Part shown: positions 1-10,567 of the stretch, piece after piece
How the letters are laid out: every line of letters begins with the position of its first letter
Position numbering within the stretch: the first letter of the stretch is position 1
Source: a bacterium
GTDB taxonomy: Bacteria > Patescibacteriota > Saccharimonadia > UBA4664
DNA: 37,986 nucleotides
NCBI GenBank assembly: GCA_016699105.1
Contig: CP064960.1
Location: forward strand, 1,034,729 to 1,072,714
Direction: 5' to 3'
Position numbers and translations under genes: made by a program
The notes under the pieces: model-generated
What the model saw: the letters and a program-made list of their open reading frames with translations, nothing else
What the model was told of the DNA's origin: nothing
Databases searched by the model: none

Positions 1-380
1 TATATTTCCAGGAGCGCGACATGTGGTGGTGCTCTGTTGGTGCGAATATTGGCCATGAGCAAGATGGTCACCACGAACAGTACGTGAGGTCAGTACTTAT
101 TCTACGCGGATTTAGCCAGCAATCATTTTGGGGTGTCCCGATATCAACGAAGCTGAAGCCAGCCAACCCCTACTATCTGGCGTTTGATATTCCATCGGGC
201 CAGTTTTCTGCACTTATCTCTCAGATGCGATTATTAGATGCTAAGCGGCTAATCCGGAGATTGTACACCATGCCACAAATTGTATTTAGCGAGATTCAGT
301 TAGCTATAATACGTGTGGTCGTGAAACCTCGGAAAATAAACGGACTCTCAGTTGAGGGTCCTCGGATCCCGAAGGAATAG
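1..380 (+). CDS. PemK/MazF-family type II toxin-like protein (5' end outside window)
   Basis: Track ORF 21..380 stays open upstream to the window edge (YFQERD-MWWCSVGANIGHEQDG...). The blocks WWCxxGxNIGxEQDG, VPISTK and SALISQMRLLDAKRLIRR fit the MazF/PemK toxin family as I remember it. Confidence 0.65.
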   Translation, partial: YFQERDMWWCSVGANIGHEQDGHHEQYVRSVLILRGFSQQSFWGVPISTKLKPANPYYLAFDIPSGQFSALISQMRLLDAKRLIRRLYTMPQIVFSEIQLAIIRVVVKPRKINGLSVEGPRIPKE

Positions 381-434
381 TAGATTCATCTTACCGTATT
401 GCCATGTGAACCGCAAACAAGGGATTGTTTGAGT

Positions 435-484
435 CTACTTCGCCCGCATCCGATTCCCCCGCGCATTGTGCTCCAACTCAGCCA
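435..484 (-). repeat. copy 1 of a repeated gene end: last 15 codons plus stop of the small NRMRAK-ending gene family
   Basis: 47/50 nt identical to 1861-1910. The minus strand reads AELEHNARGNRMRAK*. Nothing recognisable of the rest of the gene lies upstream of it. Confidence 0.75.
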
Positions 485-546
485 TATCCCTATTCATTCC
501 TAGTTGAGGCGAGAAATAATAGCGCTCGAAAACGAATCACCAGCGT

Positions 547-969
547 TCAACCAGCGATTTTTTTCAATATTAACGATAGTCCATACAGCATTCCAAGCGA
601 CCACACCGTTAAAAACAATGCCAAATAACCATATTCAATTCTTATTAACCATCGAACAAATCCAAGTTTCTTCAGTTCATCATCGGCAATCGTAAGGCCG
701 CTTGATTGTAGTGCGCCTACAATTTTATCGATTGATGTGCTTGTGAACCAATATGTATGAAAGCCAACGCAGAATACTACATATCCGAGACGACTGATGC
801 GTATTTGCTCAATATCGGCATGTTTGAAATTATATTTTTTACCAGTAATAGAGAATATGACTTCGTCACGAGCCACAATTAACCGGCTAAATGGCCAGGT
901 AGCCGAGAAACCAAATGGACTTCCATTTGTATAGATCCTGCCACCGCCGCGTTGATTATAAAATACCAT
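547..969 (-). CDS. hypothetical protein with C-terminal membrane anchor
   Basis: I start it at the internal ATG at 969 of track ORF 547..1173. The first 68 codons of that ORF are the out-of-frame pseudogene 998-1161. The product is 140 aa: MVFYNQRGGGRIY...ATWPFSRLIVARDEVIFS..., with a hydrophobic tail WLIRIEYGYLALFLTVWSLGMLYGLSLIL. Confidence 0.45.
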   Translation of the reverse strand: MVFYNQRGGGRIYTNGSPFGFSATWPFSRLIVARDEVIFSITGKKYNFKHADIEQIRISRLGYVVFCVGFHTYWFTSTSIDKIVGALQSSGLTIADDELKKLGFVRWLIRIEYGYLALFLTVWSLGMLYGLSLILKKIAG

Positions 970-997
970 TATTAATATTATACGCTGTATACTCGCC

Positions 998-1161
998 TTA
1001 CTTCGCCCGCATCCGATTCCCGCGGGCTTTTGCTCGTCGGTCATACACGATTCCACCCAGTCGCTGGGTGATATCAGTATGGCGCACAGATCTTCCACGG
1101 CCCGGCTTCTAGCTTTTAAGCTGCCAGGGGTCAGTTTTGGTGCAGGTGCCTGTTGCCATGA
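998..1161 (-). pseudogene. collapsed, frameshifted copy 2 of the small NRMRAK-ending gene family
   Basis: The start MATGTCTKTDPWQLK (then a stop), the middle SRAVEDLCAIL...DWVE..TDEQKPA and the end GNRMRAK* lie in three different frames. The nucleotide blocks 998-1026, 1089-1106 and 1119-1161 align to 1861-1889, 2014-2036 and 2136-2178 of the intact gene. Confidence 0.7.
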
Positions 1162-1234
1162 CTGGTAGCACACCCACTATTCCAAAACGCTTGTGTTAGA
1201 GTATGTGTAGATACATCTTGAAAGGATCCGGAAC

Positions 1235-1522
1235 ATGCCATATAATCCCAGTCCGGAGAGAAAGAGGACGAGAATGACAAAGAAGCAGTTTATTTCTAGT
1301 AGCGAAGATGTTCTGGGCGGTGAACTTGTTGTTGCCGGAACCCGCATCCCCATCGAACGGATCGGCGAGTTAGTTAAGCATGGCTATACCGAAGAGAACC
1401 TCCAGGCCGAGTACCCACAGCTAAGCCAGGAAACGGTACGTGGCGTACTTTACGAACTTATTACCTACGGGCGTGAACATATTGCCGAACTGAACCATGA
1501 GTCCCATCCGGCGCACGCCTAA
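1235..1522 (+). CDS. DUF433-type antitoxin-like protein
   Basis: 95-aa ORF. The core VLGGELVVAGTRIPIERIGELVKHGYTEENLQAEYPQLSQETVRGVL fits the DUF433 pattern. AGGA lies ~9 nt before ATG 1235 (alternative ATG at 1274). It overlaps the next ORF by 26 nt. Confidence 0.7.
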   Translation: MPYNPSPERKRTRMTKKQFISSSEDVLGGELVVAGTRIPIERIGELVKHGYTEENLQAEYPQLSQETVRGVLYELITYGREHIAELNHESHPAHA

Positions 1523-1853
1523 GCCAAAATTGCTCCTCGATGAAGGCTTCCGACCTCGGAAGTCTTTTTCTGAACTCAATGGATATTTTGATGTTAAGCA
1601 TATTGCGCACGATTTGAGTAAATCCGGTGCAAGTGACACAGAGGTTTACGCGATCGCAACTGCCACTGGCAGGATTGTAGTAACGCACAACCCGCGCGAC
1701 TTTAAGCCACTGATCAGCGATGTTACCGCAAGCGTGATAGGTGTGAGCATGAAACTCGATCCGGATAAGGTTGGTGCAAAGCTGGTGCGTTTGGCGAAGG
1801 AGATTAGGCCGAAGCAGCATAGGGGATGTTATTGGGCACTGGGAGCGAGGTAG
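1497..1853 (+). CDS. DUF5615/PIN-like putative toxin, partner of DUF433
   Basis: 118-aa ORF. KLLLDEGF...DTEVYAIATATGRIVVTHNPRDF fits the Mut7-C/DUF5615 PIN-like pattern that usually follows DUF433 genes. Confidence 0.65.
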   Translation: MSPIRRTPKPKLLLDEGFRPRKSFSELNGYFDVKHIAHDLSKSGASDTEVYAIATATGRIVVTHNPRDFKPLISDVTASVIGVSMKLDPDKVGAKLVRLAKEIRPKQHRGCYWALGAR

Positions 1854-1860
1854 GCCAGAC

Positions 1861-2175
1861 TTACTTCGCCCGCATCCGATTCCCCCGCGCATTGTGCTCT
1901 ACCTCAGCCAAATCCAGGGCTTCCAAGAGCGGCGGCATGTACATACCAAAGCGTCCGCGCAGACCTTTCTTTAATCCATACCAGCCGCCGTGGGATTTGA
2001 GCATGGCATGTAGGTCTTCCACGGCCCGGCGCTGATAGTACAGGGTGGTCGAGCCCACCACGCACACAATCACGGGCTGGCCGTCTTTGTCGCCGTAATA
2101 CATCTGATACTCGCTCGAAAGCGGTGGGGTTTTGAGCTGCCAGGGGTCAGTTTTGGTGCTGGTGCCAGTTGCCAT
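1861..2175 (-). CDS. small conserved hypothetical protein (intact copy 3 of the NRMRAK-ending family)
   Basis: 104-aa ORF: MATGTSTKTDPWQLKTPPLSSEY...RRAVEDLHAMLKSHGGWYGLKKGLRGRFGMYMPPLLEALDLAEVEHNARGNRMRAK*. I recognise it as a widespread uncharacterised family. I give no family name because I am not certain of it. Confidence 0.7.
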   Translation of the reverse strand: MATGTSTKTDPWQLKTPPLSSEYQMYYGDKDGQPVIVCVVGSTTLYYQRRAVEDLHAMLKSHGGWYGLKKGLRGRFGMYMPPLLEALDLAEVEHNARGNRMRAK

Positions 2176-2241
2176 GATGGGTCCTCTCGTTCTTGTGGGG
2201 AGTGTAGCAGGTTACCCGGGGTGGGGGTAGGCTACGAGTTG

Positions 2242-2754
2242 CTAAGGCAATTTGAAGAACATTGTGGATTCATTTTCCACGTTCTCGATGTGTACAAATC
2301 CCATGTGCTCGTAAAATTCGACTGCGCTCGGATGTGAATGAAGCAGTATTCCAGCACATCCCGTTAATTCATTCATCTTGAGGGCGACGCCAATCACGAA
2401 TTGCACCGCAATCCTCCCTATACCATTCCCCCGACAGGTTTCCGATATGAATAGCTTGCCCATCAATACGGCCTGAGGATCGTGACTTGTAGTGTTCGCC
2501 AAACCCGGCGGTGTAAACTCAATCGCAACCGTCGATATGTTTATATAACCGATCAATGAGCCGTCATGGGTAATCAGGTAAGTCTTTGATTTTCTTTCCC
2601 GTTGGGCAATGAATGCCTGCGTCTTGAACCATCCTACCAGATGCTGGTAATCTGGATCGCTCTCATTCGCAAAAGCCCCTCTGATTTGGGCTTTTGTCTC
2701 AAGAGGGGCAATCTGTATTGATGCAAGATTTATGATTTGGGTGGAGTCTGCCAC
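2242..2754 (-). CDS. GNAT-family N-acetyltransferase, TacT/AtaT-like toxin candidate
   Basis: 170 aa with a GTG start at 2754. It has the acetyl-CoA motif CRGNGIGRIAVQFVIGVA and EFYEHMGF. The N-terminal half (HLVGWFKTQAFIAQRERKSKTYLITHDGSLIGYINIS) resembles GNAT toxins of type II TA pairs. Confidence 0.75.
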   Translation of the reverse strand: MADSTQIINLASIQIAPLETKAQIRGAFANESDPDYQHLVGWFKTQAFIAQRERKSKTYLITHDGSLIGYINISTVAIEFTPPGLANTTSHDPQAVLMGKLFISETCRGNGIGRIAVQFVIGVALKMNELTGCAGILLHSHPSAVEFYEHMGFVHIENVENESTMFFKLP

Positions 2755-2906
2755 TTTGCTGCGTAGTAGCCATAGACGCCAACTGCCTGATCAATCATCT
2801 GCTTTTGAGTATCAGAAAGCGGCCGCTTCAATGTTTTTTGAAACGTTTTGGCTGACTCACCTTCAAATTTGACGGTTGATGGATATTCTTTGTACTTGGT
2901 TGCCAT
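2730..2906 (-). CDS. 58-aa ORF upstream of and overlapping the GNAT gene; candidate cognate antitoxin
   Basis: It is below the ORF-track cutoff. My hand translation from ATG 2906 is MATKYKEYPSTVKFEGESAKTFQKTLKRPLSDTQKQMIDQAVGVYGYYAAKWQTPPKS*. AAGGGA lies ~9 nt upstream. It overlaps the GNAT start by 25 nt. I recognised no family motif. Confidence 0.35.
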   Translation of the reverse strand: MATKYKEYPSTVKFEGESAKTFQKTLKRPLSDTQKQMIDQAVGVYGYYAAKWQTPPKS

Positions 2907-3096
2907 TGCTACAGTCCCTTTACAGCCACCCTTGCGAGTGGCCAGCCGGCCAAGTAGTCCTGCGACTCTTCCTTATGGGAATTTGTCCTTGGTGGCTCGT
3001 TATGGCGTAATTGTAGCACGAATGTGGCACATTTTGATGATCAAAATGTTGATTTTTGTGTTGATGTGCGTGTTGCTCTATATGCGAGTTGAACAA

Positions 3097-4606
3097 CTAG
3101 CGGAACACTTTCTCCCGCGTGCTAATCGTCTCGCTCGTCAGAATGCCGTTGTGATTGAATACCTGCAGGTTCAACGGGCCGGCGTTTTCGCGCTTGCTTA
3201 CTCGATCCATAAATGTCTTAAATGTGCCGGCGCCAATGATGGCGATGTTCAAGCCACTTTCGGCCGACAATTTGATAGCTTGCTGCTGAAGCAGATCTTC
3301 GTCGCCGAGGTCACCAGTAATAATCAGAAACGAAAGTACCGGTAGCTTGGATTTCGTAACGTAGTGTAGGAATTGCTTGTGGTGTGCCAGCGTAATTTGG
3401 TAGTTGAGCTCTTGGCTCTTGTTGTCCCAGAGCAGTACACTCTTTCCGTCTTCGGTGAGTGCTCCCCGTCTGGGTTGTTGCTGCGGAAAAGTTGAGCAGT
3501 TTGGCACGGGCAAATTTGGTGAAGGCGTAGCGCGTTAGCTTTTCGAATTGGTGCTCAATTTCGAGGTCTTTGTCGATGAGCTTGGTCTTGCGCAGCAGCG
3601 CGTAATTGCGTCGGCCGAACTCGGGGTAATATTCCCAAAGCTGGGCGTCGGTTACTGCTTTTACTTCGGCGATGGGGTTCGTATCGAGCAAGAAGTAGTA
3701 AAGATTAAGATCGGCGATTAAGGCCTCCTTAACGCTTGAGCTCTTGATAGTTGGGATCTTAGCGGCGATCGCCGAAAGTTCCGAGCGGTTAGCTGCGCCT
3801 AATACATCTGATGCCGCCCGCCCCTGACACCACAGCCGGTTAATTACCTCATCCTTGGTGCCAGACGAGTACAGGCCAAATTTCTTGGCCGCGTCCCCAA
3901 TTGTGGCGCGCGATAGCTCGCCCACCAGTAGCGTGTATGACCGCTGGTCGAGGGGGTAGTTCTTGAACTCAGCCAGAACAAGCGCGATATCTTTGGGAAT
4001 CATAAACTTGCGTGGCGAGACTTCTTTGCTCAGATACAGCACAAGACCATGGCACTGTAAGTCCTTGAGGGCCTGGGCGAATTGGACAGGCGTGTAGGCC
4101 AATTGCTTGTCAATTTTGTATTGAGCGGCCAGGATCGTCCAGACTTCAATATCGGTTAGCGAGAGCTTATGTTGGAGCCCGCTCAACACCTTTTCCTCGT
4201 CCTGAGAGATGGCATCGTTCTCGTACACCACTTCGTAGAGCGTGCCCATGATTTCCTGCTTATTGGCAGGGATGGCGTTTAAGACGTCCTGTGACTTGTA
4301 CCTGCGGAGCTTGTTCTTACGGAATGCCGCAAAAGCGGCCTCAATGTCCTTCTCGGCGCATTCGTATTTGCGCTGCAAGAGTAAGAACTCCAAGATATCC
4401 CGCATGAGCAGACGCTGTTGGTAGGTGACCGAATGGAACGCTACCCGCTTTTTGATGTGTTCGGGATCTCGGATTTCTTTGAGGTTCTTCTCGATGTATT
4501 TGCGCGCCTCGGACTCGTCAAATTTCTGAATGTCCTTAGAAAACGAGCTAATGAGTCGGTCTAGGTACATTTTACTCATATAGTCGACGGCTTCAGTCAA
4601 CGTCAT
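3097..4606 (-). pseudogene. TerB-like / SAP-motif / PD-(D/E)xK nuclease-like protein with one apparent frameshift
   Basis: ORFs 3311..4606 and 3097..3513 overlap in different frames, so read-through needs one shift near 3480-3513. There is a TerB-like stretch (YENDAISQDEEKVLSGLQHKLSLTD) and a SAP-like motif (AAKKFGLYSSGTKDEVINRLW). At the C-terminus, FEKLTRYAFTKF...EDGKSVLLWDNKSQ...HKQFLHYV looks like a D...DxK restriction-endonuclease-fold core. Confidence 0.5.
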
Positions 4607-4822
4607 AAAATCCTCAACTGGTTAATGGCCTGGGAACTGGGGTTGTTATGGCGAACTATAGCCGTTGGGCTCGAAAATGTCTACTTAACCCGCCGACCGG
4701 ATTGCCGTCGCTGCGCATTGCTACCTCCGGCAACAATCACCGATGCTACTTACTAAATTTCCGCCGTGACAGCTTTATCACGCGCGAATTATTCCTGAAA
4801 TCTTCATATTCTAACTCTGCAT

Positions 4823-5560
4823 TTAACGGGCTAGAAGGTCTTCAAGTACGCTGGCTTTCCAAACAATGCCGATACTTGAGTCCATGCCGTCCTCTTCTGG
4901 TATTCGCCCAGAATATATACCAAGGAATTTAGTTGCGATACCAGTAATCATTACCAGATCTCCGTTTGACGTTTGGTACGACCCCGCACGGCGAGCGTAG
5001 ACAGGCGATCCTGACATCCCTTGTTTTGTTGTTGCGTCAATCAGAAAAGATGGCGAACGAAATAATCCGCCTCAAAGTCGGTCGCGATATGCCCGGTTTT
5101 CCATAACGGAATTTCTACGGTCGCAGTCTGCCCATTCGGATACCCGACTATTGATACGTCGCTTGAGGAGATAAGCCGATATCAGTGTGTTCGAGAGAAG
5201 CGTCGACCGGATAGTAAGTCGATTTGGCGGAAGGTTCACCGGAAGAAGTATTACATCGGTATTTTGTGATTCTGTCCATTTGGGGCTTACATTCTGGTCG
5301 AATAGATCAAATTCGTGTAATTGCCATGTACCGAGTCTATCGCGGACATGCATGTAGACCCCGAGCTTGTTAGGAATCGCCCCGAGCTTATTTAGCGCTC
5401 GAGTAAAAAAATGGCGCCCCGTGACTACATGTGCAGTTTGTCACGAGTATAGGCTGCTCTCGTGACGCTCAATAAAAACATGTTCCCTGCCCGACAGGTT
5501 GATTGCCGAACTTTGCGATAACAAATAGTGATGCGGCGCTTAAGGGTCAATCGATGGCAT
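4823..5560 (-). pseudogene. chymotrypsin-fold (S1-like) serine protease, heavily frame-disrupted
   Basis: The minus strand reads in successive frames: MPSIDP / SLFVIAKFGNQPVGQGTCF / LLSVTR / EQPILVTN / AHVVTGRHFFT...TDVILLPV / DVSIVGYPNGQTATVEIPLWKTGHIATDFEADYF / SFLIDATTKQGMSGSPVYARRAG.... His, Asp and Ser (GMSGSPV) motifs are all present, but at least 5 frame changes are needed. Confidence 0.7.
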
Positions 5561-5570
5561 GACTAAATAG

Positions 5571-5772
5571 CTACCCTAGCTCAGCTTCATCCACCAACTT
5601 CGTCCCATACCTCTGCGCTTTTGTGAGTTTGCTGGCTCCCGGCGATTCGCCGATGATGAGCCAGGTGGTGTCTTTGCCGACGCTAGATTGCTCCTTGGCG
5701 CCCAGGGCCACGAGCTTGGCGGCCACTTCGTCGCGGGTACCCATTTCGAGGGTGCCAGTGATCACGAATTTG
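5571..5772 (-). pseudogene. duplicated 3' fragment of ligA (BRCT domain end), stand-alone 64-codon ORF
   Basis: 5578-5772 aligns ungapped to 6708-6902, with ~21 mismatches in 195 nt by hand count. The translation [63 protein letters not shown] differs from the ligA C-terminus by only 7 conservative replacements. Confidence 0.85.
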
Positions 5773-6673
5773 CCTCTGGCCTGAGCGTCGCAAATTGGTC
5801 ATCGCCGGGTTGAGGTGCTGAAGTTGGCTTGTGAGCGACGATTAAAAACTTATGTTCACCATTTCCCTCAACGGCCTTCCACAAAGTTTCTGCCTGTACC
5901 TCTTTAAATCTCTGCTCAACCAATCGTCGAATACTCAATAATGTCTCGGTCTCAGCGGCCGTTATGAGCAACTCGCCGCCCTCTTTCAATAAGTCACTGA
6001 GATCCTGAATAAAGCCAGCTCGCTCCGAATTTGGTACAAGGATGTTAAAGACCGCTACGACATCGAACGTTCCCTTGAGCTCTTCCGGGACATCATGTGC
6101 GGTAGTAGCAATGGCGTGATCTGGCTCCAAAATGTGCTCATCCACCGCTACTTGTAAATCTTGTTCGCTCGGATCGATCCCATATACGTCCTTGGCGCCA
6201 AGCTTGCGAAACAGTGGCACAAATCGTCCGTCGCGAGTGCCTACATCCGCCACCACTTTGTCTTGAAAACCCGAGAAACCAAGGCGTTCACCTGTCGCGC
6301 CGGGCCGTAACCGGCTCTCAAGACCGTAGGATATGTTTTGGATTGAATCGCCACCACGATAATATGGGACGCTGTTAAATTCATGATCTGTGATATTCAA
6401 CTGGACAGCTAGCTGGTCGGCCTCGCCATATTCTTTGTGCGCTTTCGCCGCCTGATAGGCTTCTTCCATAAGTCCAGCCTCCTTGAGAACCCGAACGCCG
6501 AGAGCGGCATAACCGGTACTGAAGTAGAGCTCAGTTGCTCCATGTATGTCGCCAGCTTCCTGGAGCCGTTGCGCGCGACGATACGTTTCGGCCGGGGTCT
6601 CGGACTGCTCATGCTGTTCTAGCGCAGGATAAGATTGTGGCGGTTGAGGATAAATGCCCTCGGGCCTTTCCAT
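5762..6673 (-). CDS. class I SAM-dependent methyltransferase with helical (TPR-like) N-terminal region
   Basis: 303 aa. Motif I is VVADVGTRDGRFVPLF, the post-I block is DVYGIDPS, and FDVVAVFNILV is also present. The stop codon lies inside the duplicated ligA fragment. Confidence 0.75.
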   Translation of the reverse strand: MERPEGIYPQPPQSYPALEQHEQSETPAETYRRAQRLQEAGDIHGATELYFSTGYAALGVRVLKEAGLMEEAYQAAKAHKEYGEADQLAVQLNITDHEFNSVPYYRGGDSIQNISYGLESRLRPGATGERLGFSGFQDKVVADVGTRDGRFVPLFRKLGAKDVYGIDPSEQDLQVAVDEHILEPDHAIATTAHDVPEELKGTFDVVAVFNILVPNSERAGFIQDLSDLLKEGGELLITAAETETLLSIRRLVEQRFKEVQAETLWKAVEGNGEHKFLIVAHKPTSAPQPGDDQFATLRPEANS

Positions 6674-6682
6674 CGACAGTGA

Positions 6683-8716
<2,034 letters not shown>

Positions 8717-8760
8717 TTATAAATCGAGGGGGAATCTATTTTTTGCGACATCGTGATTTT

Positions 8761-8800
8761 ATATGCTACAAGGTATGCATTTCATATGCTGTAGCATATC
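8761..8800. promoter_or_regulatory. 40-bp palindrome-containing element upstream of ligA (copy A)
   Basis: The sequence is atatgctacaaggtatgcatttcatatgctgtagcatatc. It contains ATATGCT-gt-AGCATAT (7-bp inverted arms). It is 31/40 identical, ungapped and in the same orientation, to 17579-17618. It lies 63 nt upstream of the ligA ATG. Confidence 0.4.
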
Positions 8801-8873
8801 AATTTGCAATTTACACTAAAGATGAAGGCCAAAAAAACGCGACAGCTCCCGACACATGCGCAATTGTCGCCGG

Positions 8874-9666
8874 CTAAACTGATTGATCTTCGAGGCTGAT
8901 ATACAACTCAAACAGATACAAATACATAATCGGCAGGATGATAAACCAGGAGTAATACTGGAATAATAGTTTGGCCCAGCCGACATAGCCAATATTGACG
9001 AGCAGTCCGGCAGCTACGGCCATAGGGGCCAGCAGAATACTCATCCAGATTATTAACAGAATCAAGCGGGCGACGGTGGACCAGAAACTGCCCCGGACCA
9101 GTTTGCGGGCGGTTCGGAGGGCTTCAATCGGTCGACCACCATCCCGAGCCACCGCAATCAGTCCCAGACTATAGCCACCCAGTAGATAAAACGTCGGTAG
9201 TGCAATGAGGGCACAGACGGCCGTGATAATGAGCTGCTCTGGCGATATAAGATTGGCAAAGCCGGTAACTGAGAGGCTGACATTGAGCAGTCCCAGCCCG
9301 ATGGCTAGAGGCACAACCATACTGACCAAGCTCAAACCGACTAGCATAAATTTCACAAACAATTCGGAACCGTCATAGTAACTGCGGGCAACTGATGCCG
9401 GTCGGGGCAGGCGCTCGGTCATCTGGGAAGTGCGGCCGGCAAATTGACGAGCCATGGCCCACACCAAGGCCGTAGTCATCACCAGAGACGCCAAGCGCCA
9501 AGTAAGCCGACAGTGTAGTATCGGAACTGGCACCCATGAAGAGACCCAAAAAGCCGACTGGCAAAGCCGTTACCGCTACAATGCGCCAGTAGCCGGTCCA
9601 ATGGTACCGGAAATGACCCAATGCGCGCCGCAGCAGCCGGAGACTACCAAGCTTTTTAGACGCCAT
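8874..9666 (-). pseudogene. polytopic membrane protein of unknown function, one apparent frameshift
   Basis: ATG 9666 overlaps the htpX stop by 11 nt. MASKKLGSLRLLRRALGHFRYHWTGYWRIVAVTALPVGFLGLF... (frame of ORF 9373..9795) continues in the frame of ORF 8874..9533 after ~9490. Several hydrophobic helices follow. Confidence 0.55.
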
Positions 9667-10549
9667 GACGGTCATCCATTTGGCGCAGGCGGGCGATGCG
9701 TTCGGCCATCGGCGGGTGGGTATCAAACATATGGGCAAAAAACTTGCCTGACAAAGGGTTGGCAATGTAGAGCGGCGCGGTGGCGGAATTGGCATGGGCT
9801 AAGGGGCGTTGCTCGGCATAGGCGCCAATCTTTTCGAGGGCTCGGGCTAATCCATCGGGGTAGCGCGTTAATAGGGCTCCGGAAGCGTCGGCCAGGTATT
9901 CGCGTTGACGCGATACGGCCATTTGAATGACGGCTGCTACCAGTGGCGCCAATAACGCACCAACAATGCCTAAAACGAAGAAAAATTGGCCACCAGCACC
10001 GGCATTGTCATCGTCGCCCGCCCAAAAACTAATGCGTAAGAATAAATCTGCAATCAGCGATACGACCGAGACAAGTGCCATTACCAAGCCCATATAGCGA
10101 ATATCGTAATTACCGACATGGCTGAGTTCGTGGGCTAGGACACCTTCAAGCTCGGGTTTGTCGAGCAGGCGGACGATGCCAGAGGTCACGGCTACGGCGG
10201 CATGCTGAGGATCGCGCCCGGTGGCGAAGGCGTTAGGTGAGGGGTCGTCAATCATATAAATTTTGGGCATAGGCAAACCCGAGGCAATGGTAAGATTTTC
10301 GACGATGCGATAGACCTCGGGCGCTTGTTGTTTGGTCACCGCCCGGGCACCAGAGGTGGCGAGGGCAATATTGGCCGAAAAGTAATAACTCAAAGCGGCA
10401 TAACCGAAGCCAAAGATCATGATGGGAATGGTCAACGATTGTTGACCAAAGGCCCGGGCCATGACGTAGTCGAGTGCAGCCACCAACGCCACAAAGCTGG
10501 CTAACAGCAACCAAGTGCGGCGCTTGTTTTGGGCGATGTGTTGGTACAT
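9656..10549 (-). CDS. htpX: M48-family zinc metalloprotease HtpX
   Basis: 297 aa and intact. It has the HELSH zinc motif, TM helices flanking the catalytic domain, and the typical PNAFATG and EYLAD blocks. Confidence 0.9.
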   Translation of the reverse strand: MYQHIAQNKRRTWLLLASFVALVAALDYVMARAFGQQSLTIPIMIFGFGYAALSYYFSANIALATSGARAVTKQQAPEVYRIVENLTIASGLPMPKIYMIDDPSPNAFATGRDPQHAAVAVTSGIVRLLDKPELEGVLAHELSHVGNYDIRYMGLVMALVSVVSLIADLFLRISFWAGDDDNAGAGGQFFFVLGIVGALLAPLVAAVIQMAVSRQREYLADASGALLTRYPDGLARALEKIGAYAEQRPLAHANSATAPLYIANPLSGKFFAHMFDTHPPMAERIARLRQMDDRHGV

Positions 10550-10567
10550 ACGACTCCCCTTTTTGAG

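Noticed and set aside
2848-3345. A 165-aa plus-strand ORF.
   Set aside because: It overlaps the small antitoxin-candidate ORF and the nuclease-like C-terminus on the opposite strand. I recognised no motifs in it.
5072-5074. A TGA in the same frame as the downstream GMSGSPV-containing ORF suggested UGA recoding (genetic code 4 or 25).
   Set aside because: The conserved block IVGYPNGQTATVEIPLWKTGHIATDFE lies in a different frame just upstream, so the join is a frameshift, not read-through. Intact genes also terminate at TGA, for example the ParB-like gene at 18049-18051.
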